Below, piece after piece: positions 53,961-64,000 of a stretch of DNA of 64,000 nucleotides. The stretch is from Epiperipatus broadwayi (taxonomy: Eukaryota > Animalia > Onychophora). The notes beneath the pieces were generated by a model, which saw only the letters and a list, made by a program, of their open reading frames with translations, was not told where the DNA came from and ran no database searches. Made by a program: the position numbers and the translations under genes. Position 1 is the stretch's first letter; each line of letters opens with the position of its first letter. The stretch lies in NCBI GenBank assembly GCA_028023455.1, contig JAQFVV010000009.1, positions 15,252,001-15,316,000 of the forward strand. Reading direction: 5' to 3'.

Positions 53961-56164
53961 CAGTAATCCATCTTGCCATTCTATTTATAAGTCACCTACA
54001 TAAACAAGAACAAAGAGATAAGCTGATAATTTGTGTTCAAAACATTAACTTGTATAAAATTCAAAACATAATCTTAAATTTGAATTGCTAGAGAAAACAG
54101 TGCATTTTATTGACATCATTCACACTCCTTTTATCAGAAACAACACTATTTATTCATATATTTACAAATATGTTAACCATTTAAAATAGCATATAAAAAA
54201 CCATTCCACATCAATCATAGTAGGCATTTTATAATTTAAAACATATTTTTTGATAATGCAAGACTTATTTACAGTTGTTTTTTTGTTTTTTTTCAATATT
54301 ATTCTATACTGATAATACATAATAAATTTTATAACTGAGGCAAAACACTCATTAAAATTATGAAGTAAATCTAGATAAAAAAGATAGAGTTCAATGTGAA
54401 AGTGATGACAAACAATTCACAAGCTATTACTGATGGCTATCATTTAATCATAGTATCCTACTGTTATTGTCTCTACTTTTCCTTCAGATAGAAAATTTAA
54501 CGTGCATTCTCTAATAAAAAGATTGTTTTGAATATTATCATAAATCTTTTTTAAAAAAAATAGTAAAGTATATTATTTTTTTAAAAAAATTTCGATAATA
54601 AATAAAAATATTTCAAAAGGAAATGAAACTACAATATTTTTTATTTTAAAAAGTTTAATCTGGCAAGTATTTTAAATGCTCCTGGAGCGAAATGATGGAT
54701 TTCTACAGACATTTATTTAATTAATCTCTAAATTGAATTCTTTATTTCTTTTTTAAAAAATCAATTTGTCATTCTGTTTCTTTTAATTAACAAAAAAAAC
54801 TTTCTACATATATATACATACATACACAGTAGCGATAGTTTATAGACACACAAATAAACTCTTAAATAGTAGTTTACAATGTTTTTACAAATTGTCAAAA
54901 CAATATTAGCTCAAAAGTAGAACTAGCTTTCAGATGCTTATCTAATTTCAAAAGAATGCGAGATTGTTTTATTTTTATTATTATATTGGCACATTATATT
55001 ATTACATGCCATACTTGATTAATTTTACCATACCAAAAATGACAGTTGTACAATTTTCTATTTTGTTATTATAAGTTGTTTATAATTTTTCATTTATTTG
55101 TATCTCTTTGCTAATGTAAAAAGAATTTACATTCAAATTTATCAGAATGTGTCATCATCCACAAGATAGTGCATATTACAATTATCTTATGTTGTTTGTT
55201 TTTACAATCAGCATATAGACTAGCAACTAATTAATCCTGATTAACCTTGGATCTTAGCTATCTAGTTAATAATAGTTGGACACCCACTTACTGATTAATA
55301 GAGAGTGGCTAGCTAGGGTTGGCTATTCGCTAGCTACTGAAAAAAAAAGCCATAAGACTGCATGTAATCTGAAAAAAAAATTGTAAGGTTCACCTGGCCT
55401 GAATTAAAATCGTATGTTATTTGCAAGGCATGAAGATGCACCAATCATTATACCATGTGATCTTGAAATGACAAACCTTCACACTATCCGCAAATACATG
55501 CTTAGAATGATATGCTCATAATCACTGCTTCTTGAAACTTAATGTTAATTGTTTATATATTCTTTTACTGAGACAACAATTTCATTCCACATTGTATAAA
55601 ATGCAGACAATTTTATAAATAATACTAATTTTTAGCATTTGTTTTATACCATAATTTATTTACATGTACTGGTTGAAAATGTAAATAACTAACAAAGTAG
55701 TAAAAAAAAAACTGCCAGTTTGAGAATGGAATATCTACTCATCATTATTCTTCACTTTTCATATTTAAATATACATTATATAATGTTTATATTCTAATTT
55801 TTATCATTTTCCTAATATATTTCTGCAAATTTTTTTCTCTCATTATTTTCATATTTATACAAGTGCTGATAATGAAAAAGAATTTTCAATTTTACCATTT
55901 TGGATTTCGATAAAATCTATAATTTCATTCAAATTCATTATATCAAATCCCTGAAACATTTGACTCTTTTTAGACTAATAATCATTTATAAGAGATTATT
56001 AATGTGCTCTTTCTTTCAATATATAAAAATATTGTTTATATAGTGAAATATTGTGTGTAATTTAATGACCACTCACACCTTGTAAAAACTATATTTTATA
56101 TTTTTATAATGTATATTTGCACTAAAAAAAACTCATCAATCTTTAAACATTCTAAAGCATTATT

Positions 56165-56220
56165 GCCTGAGCAGTGGTAGAGTTGTGCATTTTAGAATCC
56201 ATAGATTGTGGATTAATCTC
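56165..56220 (+). mobile_element. Probable degenerate tRNA-derived SINE head
   Basis: A-box-like gagcagtggtagag; the B-box is heavily decayed. Confidence 0.25.
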
Positions 56221-56969
56221 AGACATTTCTAATGCACAAATTACATACAACAAATTCCTGAATAATAAATCATTTGATTATTTTTTTAAGTTTTACTTAT
56301 TAAATTACTACTAGGAATTCCCATTTAATATAATATATGTAATTAGCAGAATGTAATTATTTTACTTGCAATTTGTTGAAAATAACTGCATGGATAAGCA
56401 ATTAAAAGCATATCTATTTTTTGAACATTAATATTTTTTTTGAGAACTCTTAAAATGTGTTAAGAGTCTGTTAATTATACAGATACATATTATAGTTTTT
56501 AATGGCTACAATTTATAAATATATATTCATTGAAGGTTAAGAAGTTAAAAAAAAAATCATAATCTTTTAAAACATAAAAAAAAATTTGTCCCCCCCCCCC
56601 GTAATGTCAACATTTACAGTAGGCATAATTTACTAACTTATTAACCAGATTTTGAGGAATTATAATCCTCCATGAATTAACATGAGCAATTTTAGTTTTA
56701 TACATTAAGATGTTTTGACACAATCTATTAATATTTACAGGATTGTTTAGAATTGCTATAATTTTATATCTTGATTTTGAGTTATAGCTAGATTATTATA
56801 ATCACCTGCTATAGACTCATCCAAAATGACATTTATATTGTTTATGTAAATATTTTGAGTACAATAACCTGGTGTATTTTCTTCTAAAAATTATTTCTTA
56901 TAACCTACTAATTGTAATTTGTTAGTTAATTTTCACTTGTCATGTTTATTCCCCTTTATTCACCAGATT

Positions 56970-57210
56970 TTTCAATACCAACTGATACGTGCTGGTTTAG
57001 CATGAAATGTGCATCTCGGGGACCATACATCTTTTTTAATATGTCTTTCTTCATATGTTTATGATTGTACTCTTCCACAAGGTGTTAAAGGCGGATAAAA
57101 ACAATTCCCTAACTTTCCTGAGAGCGGTGGAGTGAAAGTTACACTATAGAAATATTATTTATTAAATGAATAAATTCTAGACTAATGAATTATTAATAAA
57201 AATTATTAAT
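56970..57210 (+). mobile_element. Family B fragment with degenerate hammerhead (56978-57019)
   Basis: ccaa-CTGATAC-gtgct ggttt agcat-GAAA-t gtgc a-TC-tcgg. The downstream sequence matches 15225-15365 and the monomer junction. Confidence 0.8.
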
Positions 57211-58087
57211 ATTTTTACAATACCTTTTATTTACGTGTGAATTTTTTTTTCTCTTAATAATCAATGATTTTAAGTTCATAAGAGAAATGTAAAAGAAATG
57301 TCATTCATTCTTTAATTTAACCTATTCCTTTTAAAAACCTTATTAAAATATGTGCTTGGTAAAAAAAAAAAAAAAAATCTGTCAAAAGTATTATTCTTTT
57401 ATTTTAAATTTCCTGTTCATAATGTAAATGTTTTGATTCAGTTTTTTTCTTTCTAAAATATTACAAGAAATTGATAAACTGTTGATTATTTAATAGAACT
57501 GACAACTTACTTTTTTTTATTTAAAAAAAAAAAAAATCTAATATAACTTAAAAAGAAAAATGATCAGATAAACTACCTGATGAGGTGGAAAAAAAAGGTT
57601 ATTAAATGAGTTTTTCTGCATTTAAAAAAAAATCTTTGATAGTATTTATTAAGAATGATTTAACTAACTACACTTCAAGTTTTTATCAGATTGAATAAAA
57701 TTGAAATAATTAAAATAGATATTGCTTTAGTTATTTAAGATTGAAGATACTCTTTTCAATTTTAAGAAACATTTCAATAACCGTTTTTTAAGTCTGTGAT
57801 AAAAAAGAGTTAATAAAAGAATGCTGTCTGCAATCCCAATTTTGGCATTCTTCTTCAACTGTCAGCATGCAAACTGTGATTGTAATCTATGCCGAGTTTA
57901 AAACATTCTAAAAATAGATTAGATATTTTAATATTTATTTCTAGAATTTGAATTATGCATGTATTTATTTTTAGAATTGCAAATAAAAAAATTTAGTATT
58001 GTAAATTTTTTAAAAAAAATATACATAAGTTTAAAAAATAACAGTAACACCTGTATAAGTTAAAAAAGTAAGACAATCTTTAAATAG

Positions 58088-58265
58088 TTCACTGCAAGGG
58101 AAAGATCTCTTCAACAGCCTCTCATGGAGGAAGTTGAAGACACAACTCACTAGGTTTGCTGATTGCAGAGTTAATGTATTTGAACGGTTTTCAAATCTCA
58201 TTTCAGCCGTTAGCTATTTGTCAACTAATATTAGATTAGCAATTGGCTACGGACCAGTTGCTTGA
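58088..58265 (+). CDS. Candidate terminal coding exon, unidentified
   Basis: 58 open codons SLQGKDLFNSLSWRKLKTQLTRFADCRVNVFERFSNLISAVSYLSTNIRLAIGYGPVA*, followed immediately by AATAAA. The acceptor is weak. Confidence 0.25.
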
Positions 58266-58319
58266 AATAAAAAGTTTAAGCATAATTAGAATCTGAAAGA
58301 AATATTTTTTATTCATTAT

Positions 58320-58378
58320 GGATTCAAGCCCAGTCAAATGCATGCTGACCAATGCACTACCATTGCATCATGAGATCC
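58320..58378 (-). mobile_element. Probable degenerate tRNA-derived SINE head
   Basis: Minus strand tgatgcaatggtagtgc...gggcttgaatcc resembles Pol III A and B boxes. Confidence 0.35.
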
Positions 58379-58886
58379 TTCACACCTATAATATTAATAA
58401 CTATAATTTTAGTATTATCTTGTACAGAAATAGAAACATATATCAAGGCAATATATATATATATATTTTTTACAAATAGAAACTCTTAAGGAAATGATAA
58501 AAAGTACTTGGACAGGGCACTCACTAATGTCAGTTTTATATGATTGTAAGAAATCTTGAATATGTTTCATTTTTTAAAAAAGTTAAATTGTTTAGTTTTT
58601 AAAGACTGACTGTCTTAAGGATCATAACTGCCTTCAAAACCTACAAGAACTTAACTATTGCTTGAAATCAATACTTGCTAAGAGAAATTGATAAACAGCA
58701 TAAATAAATGTATTAAAACCACACAAAAGAACATATACCTAAAAAGATCAACAAACATGACAAATATAATTTTTACTAAAGCAATGTATTATGCGATTTA
58801 AAAGTGGAACATTCTTTTATTAATGCTACAGTGATAAATGATAATGTTTAAGCATAAATCTTAGACAATAGATGACTTAAACATAC

Positions 58887-58986
58887 CATGTGATCAGATA
58901 AATTATTGCTCATGATTTTTTTAAACACTGGAAATGTTGTGTCCGTAATAATGAGAAGTCTATCAATCAAATTGTCTTCCTCCATT
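58887..58986 (-). CDS. Candidate internal coding exon, unidentified
   Basis: tttgacAG acceptor and GTATGT donor flank an open frame MEEDNLIDRLLIITDTTFPVFKKIMSNNLSDHM. Confidence 0.3.
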
Positions 58987-59418
58987 CTGTCAAATGTAAT
59001 AATTATTATTCTGTATGAGATTCATCACAGTTGCACAGCATTGCACATTTTAGGGAACAAGATTTATCATATAGATAAAAATTGTTTCCAGATAATACCA
59101 TCATCTGTCAAGAAGATTCTATTTAAATTTGTGTTGTCACAAAATCAAATTTTGCTTTAAAAAATATTAGGATAATATTATGCATTTTCTATGGCAAATT
59201 TAAATGTTTTTAAGCTCTAAGACTAATTTTGAGCAGCAAATAAAAATCATTATCTTTTTTTTTTCACATTTTGCATAAAACTTAATACCTTTACCATGAG
59301 AAATGGCATCCTATTCCTCTAGTCATTGTTCAGATATTTTATAAATCCATTCCCTATATTTTTGAAAAGATGATATTTGCATTATATTAAGGATATTGTT
59401 TTAGTGAATATATATATA

Positions 59419-59683
59419 ATTAAAAGCCAGTTAACACTTAGGTAATCCCAATATCAATAACAATCAACAATTTCAAACTGTTGTCAAGACAACCTCCTTT
59501 TAACAATAAAGGTGAAATCCTACCTTTATTGTTAAAAGGAGGTTGCCTTGACAACCGTTTGAAAGTGTTTGTTATTGATATTAATATTACCTTTATTGTT
59601 AAAAGGAGGTTGGTTTGACAACAGTTTGAAATTGTTGATTGTTATTGATATTGGGATTGTATAAGTGTTGGCTGGCTTTTAAT
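59419..59683. repeat. Small foldback element with internal tandem unit (inverted arm plus 2 x ~67 bp)
   Basis: Left arm 59419-59513 is the reverse complement of 59589-59683. acctttattgttaaaaggaggttg occurs at 59522 and 59589. Confidence 0.85.
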
Positions 59684-60596
59684 GACTATTTATAAATCCA
59701 CTTAGCCTTAAGCATTATACAGTCAATATACATATATAAAAGACATATCCAGATTTCATTCATGTATAATTTATATTGATTGCATTTGTAGCTAATGAAA
59801 ATCCTCGTTTTAACATAAATATATTGAGATATTATGAAAGATTTAGAAGATTTTGCAATTGCTTTCTATCAGTTACATAAATAGACTATTAATGGGATGT
59901 GAATAAAATATTGTTCATTATTAAAAGCTATAATATTAGTATCAACAGTAACTTAATTGTTCTGAACATTGAACTGTACAAGGATTAACAATTTATTTTT
60001 TATTATTTCATAATTTGTTCTGCAATACCCAGACATAAGCTCATAGTGAAAGAAGTATTAGTAAAAAAAAATAAGGGGAAGAGGTATAAGTGAAATGTTA
60101 AATAATACCTTTGTAAAATCTAATAAATTAAATTTAAAAAACTAGTAGAAAAATCAGTTAAATACAATTTAGATATTGCAAACCCATATAAAAAGTGTCA
60201 AAAAGTTTTAATTAGTCACTGCAAAACACTTGACTCTTTCATAGCCCTTCATAAAAATATTCAAATCACAAATTTATATATCTGACAAATGTATATAAAT
60301 AATATATAATTATAAATAATAATAAATATTTATAAAGTTATAAAAATATATATAAAAAAGTCAAACATTAGAAAAATAATGTTATTTTAAATACAATCTC
60401 ACTTATTAATAATTTTTATTAGTCACTCTTAGACAAAAGATTATCCAAAAATGAATAACATTTCTGTAGTGCAATTTTCATTACACCACTCTCATGCAAG
60501 GTAGGGAATGTTTTCTATCCACTTTTGATACTTTGTGGAATGATGTAATTATAAACATATATATGACCAAAGACATATAAAAAAGATCTATGATCC

Positions 60597-60638
60597 CCAA
60601 GATGCTCATTTCATCCTGAACCAGCACTCATCAGTTGG
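60597..60638 (-). ncRNA. Minimal type I hammerhead ribozyme, family B (core intact)
   Basis: Reverse complement reads ccaa-CTGATGA-gtgct ggttc aggat-GAAA-t gagc a-TC-ttgg. Confidence 0.8.
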
Positions 60639-60934
60639 GTCAGATTACAATCACTTACACATATATTTATTAATGTTTAGTATATCTAGATAGCAAAGTA
60701 CTATAGTTTAATTAATGAGTTTCAAACATGCAGCCCTCATACCTTTATCACAAATCATTTATTGAAAGTATATTCATAATTCTTATTAGTCACTCATTAG
60801 ACAAGAGATTATCCAATGATGAATATTTCTGTAGTGTAATTTTCATTACGCCACTTCTATCCACTTTTAACACCTTGTGGAGGGATATAATCATAAACAT
60901 ATGATCAAAAACATATGAAAAAGATTTATGATCC

Positions 60935-60976
60935 TCAAGATGCACATTTTGTGCTGAACCAGTACTCATCAGTTTG
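60935..60976 (-). ncRNA. Hammerhead, family B (G12>A)
   Basis: Reverse complement reads caaa-CTGATGA-gtact ggttc agcac-AAAA-t gtgc a-TC-ttga. Confidence 0.7.
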
Positions 60977-61176
60977 CCCAAACCACAGTATATATAGATA
61001 GAAAATTACTACAGTTTAATCGATAAGTGTCAAATGTTTAGCCCTCACACCTTTAACACAAATTACTTATTGAAAGTATTTGTATTAAAGGTGTTAGGGC
61101 TGCACATTTGAAACTTATCAATTAAACTGTAGTACTAAACAATGATAAATATATGTGTAAGAGATTGTGGTCTGAG

Positions 61177-61218
61177 CCATCTGACGAGTGCTGTTTCAGC
61201 ACAAAATGTGCATCTTGG
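61177..61218 (+). ncRNA. Hammerhead, family B (G12>A)
   Basis: ccat-CTGACGA-gtgctg ttt cagcac-AAAA-t gtgc a-TC-ttgg. Confidence 0.72.
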
Positions 61219-62446
61219 GGACCATAGATCTTTTTCTTGTGTTTTTGATCATATGTTTATGATTACATCCCTCCACAAGGGGTGAAAGTGGATAGAAAAC
61301 ATTCCCTACCTTGCGTGAGAGTGATGTAATAAAAATTACACTACAGAAATACTATACAATCTTAGTTACTTTATTATTATTTTTTTGCACCACTTAAAAA
61401 TCATGTAATAAAAATTAATTAATTATTAATATAAAAGATTACATATTCTATGCAATTTAAAACTTTCTAGCAACCATTTGATATATTATCATCATAACAG
61501 ACATGAAGACATAAAAGATGTGCTAGAGTCCACTGTCAGAAGTATGCACAAATATGAACAAGATAAATATAGATAATATATTATATAAGATATTAAAAGT
61601 AGTTCACAATGCAAAGACAAAATATAATTGCATTAAATATAAATAAAAAGTGTAAAATGAATTAACTTATTAGTTTTTATATTTAAAAAAATTTAAGTTA
61701 TTAATTTTCAAATATATCCATTAGTGTATTACCCTAAATGTTTTCACAAATCAATCTGTAATCTATGAATCATAAATTGTGACAGTTTTTTTTATTCACT
61801 GCATATAACACTCAGTGATTTGTTTTTGTAGAGCTAATGTAAGATTATTGTATTCATTTACACTTACAATCTGATTAATTTGAAATTGTGAATTAACATT
61901 TTGTTAATACTATTATATATGAGGCCATGTTTAGAAGAATATGAGGAAAAATAGAATACTATATTAAGTATGTTGATGATGTAGTGAGACAGCAGAACAA
62001 TAAAATTCCCTACCTATTTTTATATGTTGCATATATATAGTGAATATATAAAATAAAAAAATTCGTAAATATATATATATAGTTTAAAAAAAACTACTTG
62101 ACTTAAAAAAAGTTTATTTCTTGTTAAATAGAATAAATTAGTTTATTTCTTGTTGTAATTCATCCTGAATAAAAATGCATAATTTTGAAACAATTAAAAA
62201 GTCATAAACAATTTGTTTCTCTATTTCTTTTATATATAGGACAAATATCAAAGTAAGATTAAATTCATTTTCAGCTAAGAAAAATTGACAAAAACAAAAA
62301 TAGCAACATGTCATTTTATAAAAATTTCATTTCGTATTTATACTGTGTACATTATTTTAGCATGATCTTTGATAAAAATACAAATGATTTTTTTTGTTGG
62401 AAATATATAATATATTACTTTTGTTAATTATCGCAATACTATATAG

Positions 62447-62564
62447 CAGAATGTGAGATGATTGGATGAAATAATGAAGGGTTCTGGGGTGACATGGAGA
62501 AGAGAAGCTGTTGAACTTTGAGATTCTGCAGTGGATCGATAATTATTGAAAATGATGATGATAA
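62447..62564 (+). mobile_element. Short RTE 3' tail remnant
   Basis: gtgagatg.ttggatgaaataa...gagaagctg...ttctgcagtggat...gatgatgat aligns to 24487-24620. Confidence 0.75.
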
Positions 62565-62817
62565 TGTGGTAGGACTGTAATTTTTTTGGTTTTATAATTG
62601 CTTTTTTGATGATAGAGAGTGGCTGAGATATTTTAAAAATCATTTCAAGCATTTATGTGTATATGTGTGTGAGAGAGAGAGAGAGTGCATGCACATTGTA
62701 AGTTATATTTAGTGAGCTCTCATGAAACTGTAAAGTAAAGCACAGAAATTTCTCAATTACAATGATTAAATATGTATTCAATGATAAAAATCAATATATA
62801 TGTAGCAATAATATATT

Positions 62818-64000
62818 GGGTGGCTGCAGAAAGGAGTTTGCTATTAACTGAAAGGAGACCCTTTGATTCCTCTTGGAGGCCTTAAAGGAACCGAGCAGGG
62901 CAAATTCCTAATGTCCACTCCATACGTTCTTGTCGTTGCAGCTGTTATTACTATATGTTTAATCATATAGTATATGAACATGGATGGGATGCTCACCAAC
63001 ACGCATTAGCCAGCATGGTGAGTTTATTGGCTTTTTACCTCTGAGTTTAAGATCAAGAAACACCATGGTCTTTCTTCTCAGTGCCTGATAAGGCAGAATG
63101 AATGTTTGTGTAAATGATAAAGATTTTTCCCAATTATACAATTATGACAGACAAAAATAAAGCATGGCCCTTAATCCCAGGAGGCTGTAAAGTCACCAAC
63201 CAAGGCAGCAGTTGGTGGCCGAAGGCGGAGGGTGCTAAGAATATCCTGGAGGCGGACCCAGGCTGCCATTTGATGACGACTTTTTATTTAGGTACTTACA
63301 ACTGCAGATCACTTTCAAGTGAAGGAAGATTGCAAGAATTAGAAGAAGAACTCTCTTATATTAAATGGGACATTATTGGACTTTGTGAAGTTAGAAGAAA
63401 AGGTGAAGAGACAATTGATTTAAAAAGTGGACATATGCTCTATTATAAAGGCACAAATATTGGAAATACAAGTGGAGTAGGATTCATTATAAATAAAAAG
63501 TGGAAGAACAATATTGTGGAGATTGATGGTGTATCAGACAGAGTGGCAAGATTATTTATACAACTTAATAGCAGATATCAAATGCAGATAATTCAGGTTT
63601 ATGCCCCAACAAGTTCTCACAGTGATGAAGTAGTAGAAGATTTTTATATGGATGTACAAAAGGCTTTTGATCAGAGTAAACAACATTTTAAAATTGTTAT
63701 GGGAGATTTTAATGCTAGAATTGGTAAACAAATGAAAGATGAAAGTGTTGTAGGTAATTTTGGTTATGGTAATAGAAATGAGAGAGGACATAGACTTGTG
63801 GAGTTTGCAGAGAAGGAAAAACTTTATATTATGAATTCTTTTTTTGAGAAAAATGTTAGAAGGAAATGGACATGGAAGCATCCAAATGAAGGTACAGCAG
63901 AATTGGATTATATTTTGACTAACAGGAAATACATATTTCAAGATTGTAATGTTCTTAATAAATTTAACACAGGAAGTGATCATCGATTAGTAAGACGCTC
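62818..64000 (+). mobile_element. Young RTE-clade LINE, 5' UTR and start of ORF (continues beyond the window)
   Basis: GC-richer ~300-nt leader followed by an uninterrupted APE endonuclease frame. Confidence 0.9.
63114..64000 (+). CDS. RTE ORF, APE-type endonuclease domain (partial, no stop within the window)
   Basis: Frame checked by hand from ATG 63114 (alternative 63144): GTYNCRSL, WDIIGLCEVRR, QVYAPT, VMGDFNARIG, NERGHRLVEF, WTWKHP, ELDYILT, GSDHRLV. Confidence 0.92.
   Translation, partial: MIKIFPNYTIMTDKNKAWPLIPGGCKVTNQGSSWWPKAEGAKNILEADPGCHLMTTFYLGTYNCRSLSSEGRLQELEEELSYIKWDIIGLCEVRRKGEETIDLKSGHMLYYKGTNIGNTSGVGFIINKKWKNNIVEIDGVSDRVARLFIQLNSRYQMQIIQVYAPTSSHSDEVVEDFYMDVQKAFDQSKQHFKIVMGDFNARIGKQMKDESVVGNFGYGNRNERGHRLVEFAEKEKLYIMNSFFEKNVRRKWTWKHPNEGTAELDYILTNRKYIFQDCNVLNKFNTGSDHRLVRR

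Larger units (their letters stand above)
60406..61353. mobile_element. Family B composite: ~2 minus-strand monomers plus one plus-strand partial monomer
   Basis: Imperfect TSD atacaatctcactta (60391-60405) / atacaatcttagtta (61354-61368). Same termini as 14905-15365. Period ~367 nt. Three hammerheads. Confidence 0.85.

Noticed and set aside
57576-57600. CTGATGA-ggtg-GAAA
   Set aside because: There is no room for stem II. Other isolated CTGATGA hits (~28920, ~38296) lack GAAA.
27546-58378. Functional tRNA genes at the three A/B-box-like sites
   Set aside because: No complete cloverleaf or anticodon arm, so they were treated as SINE relics.
3313-63983. Most short ORFs in the supplied track (60-100 aa; for example 47296-47604, 24265-24585, 63552-63983)
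   Set aside because: They are AT-driven I/L/F/K/N-rich frames or antisense shadows of TE ORFs, with no recognisable domains.

Overview
Very AT-rich, CpG-depleted eukaryotic DNA, probably from an invertebrate animal (inference), dominated by transposable elements. No host gene could be identified with confidence. Mobile elements: a near-intact Buster/SPIN-like hAT transposon (4572-7251), a decayed second copy with a different 5' arm (35587-38237), a small hAT deletion derivative (42705-43201), an old ZMYM1-like hAT relic (49785-52673), several RTE-type LINE relics, and a young RTE with an intact endonuclease frame that runs off the right edge. The main signal is a dense set of short non-coding retroelements carrying minimal type I hammerhead ribozymes. 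I count 13 motifs, some degenerate, in four families labelled A-D here, with monomers of about 350-480 nt in families A and B. They occur as inverted-head plus tandem-multimer insertions with 12-15 bp target-site duplications (TSDs) and fixed termini. This architecture fits non-autonomous Penelope-like or retrozyme-like elements copied from multimeric or circular RNA. That class is known. Whether these particular families are described cannot be determined without a database search. All alignments and folds were done by eye.
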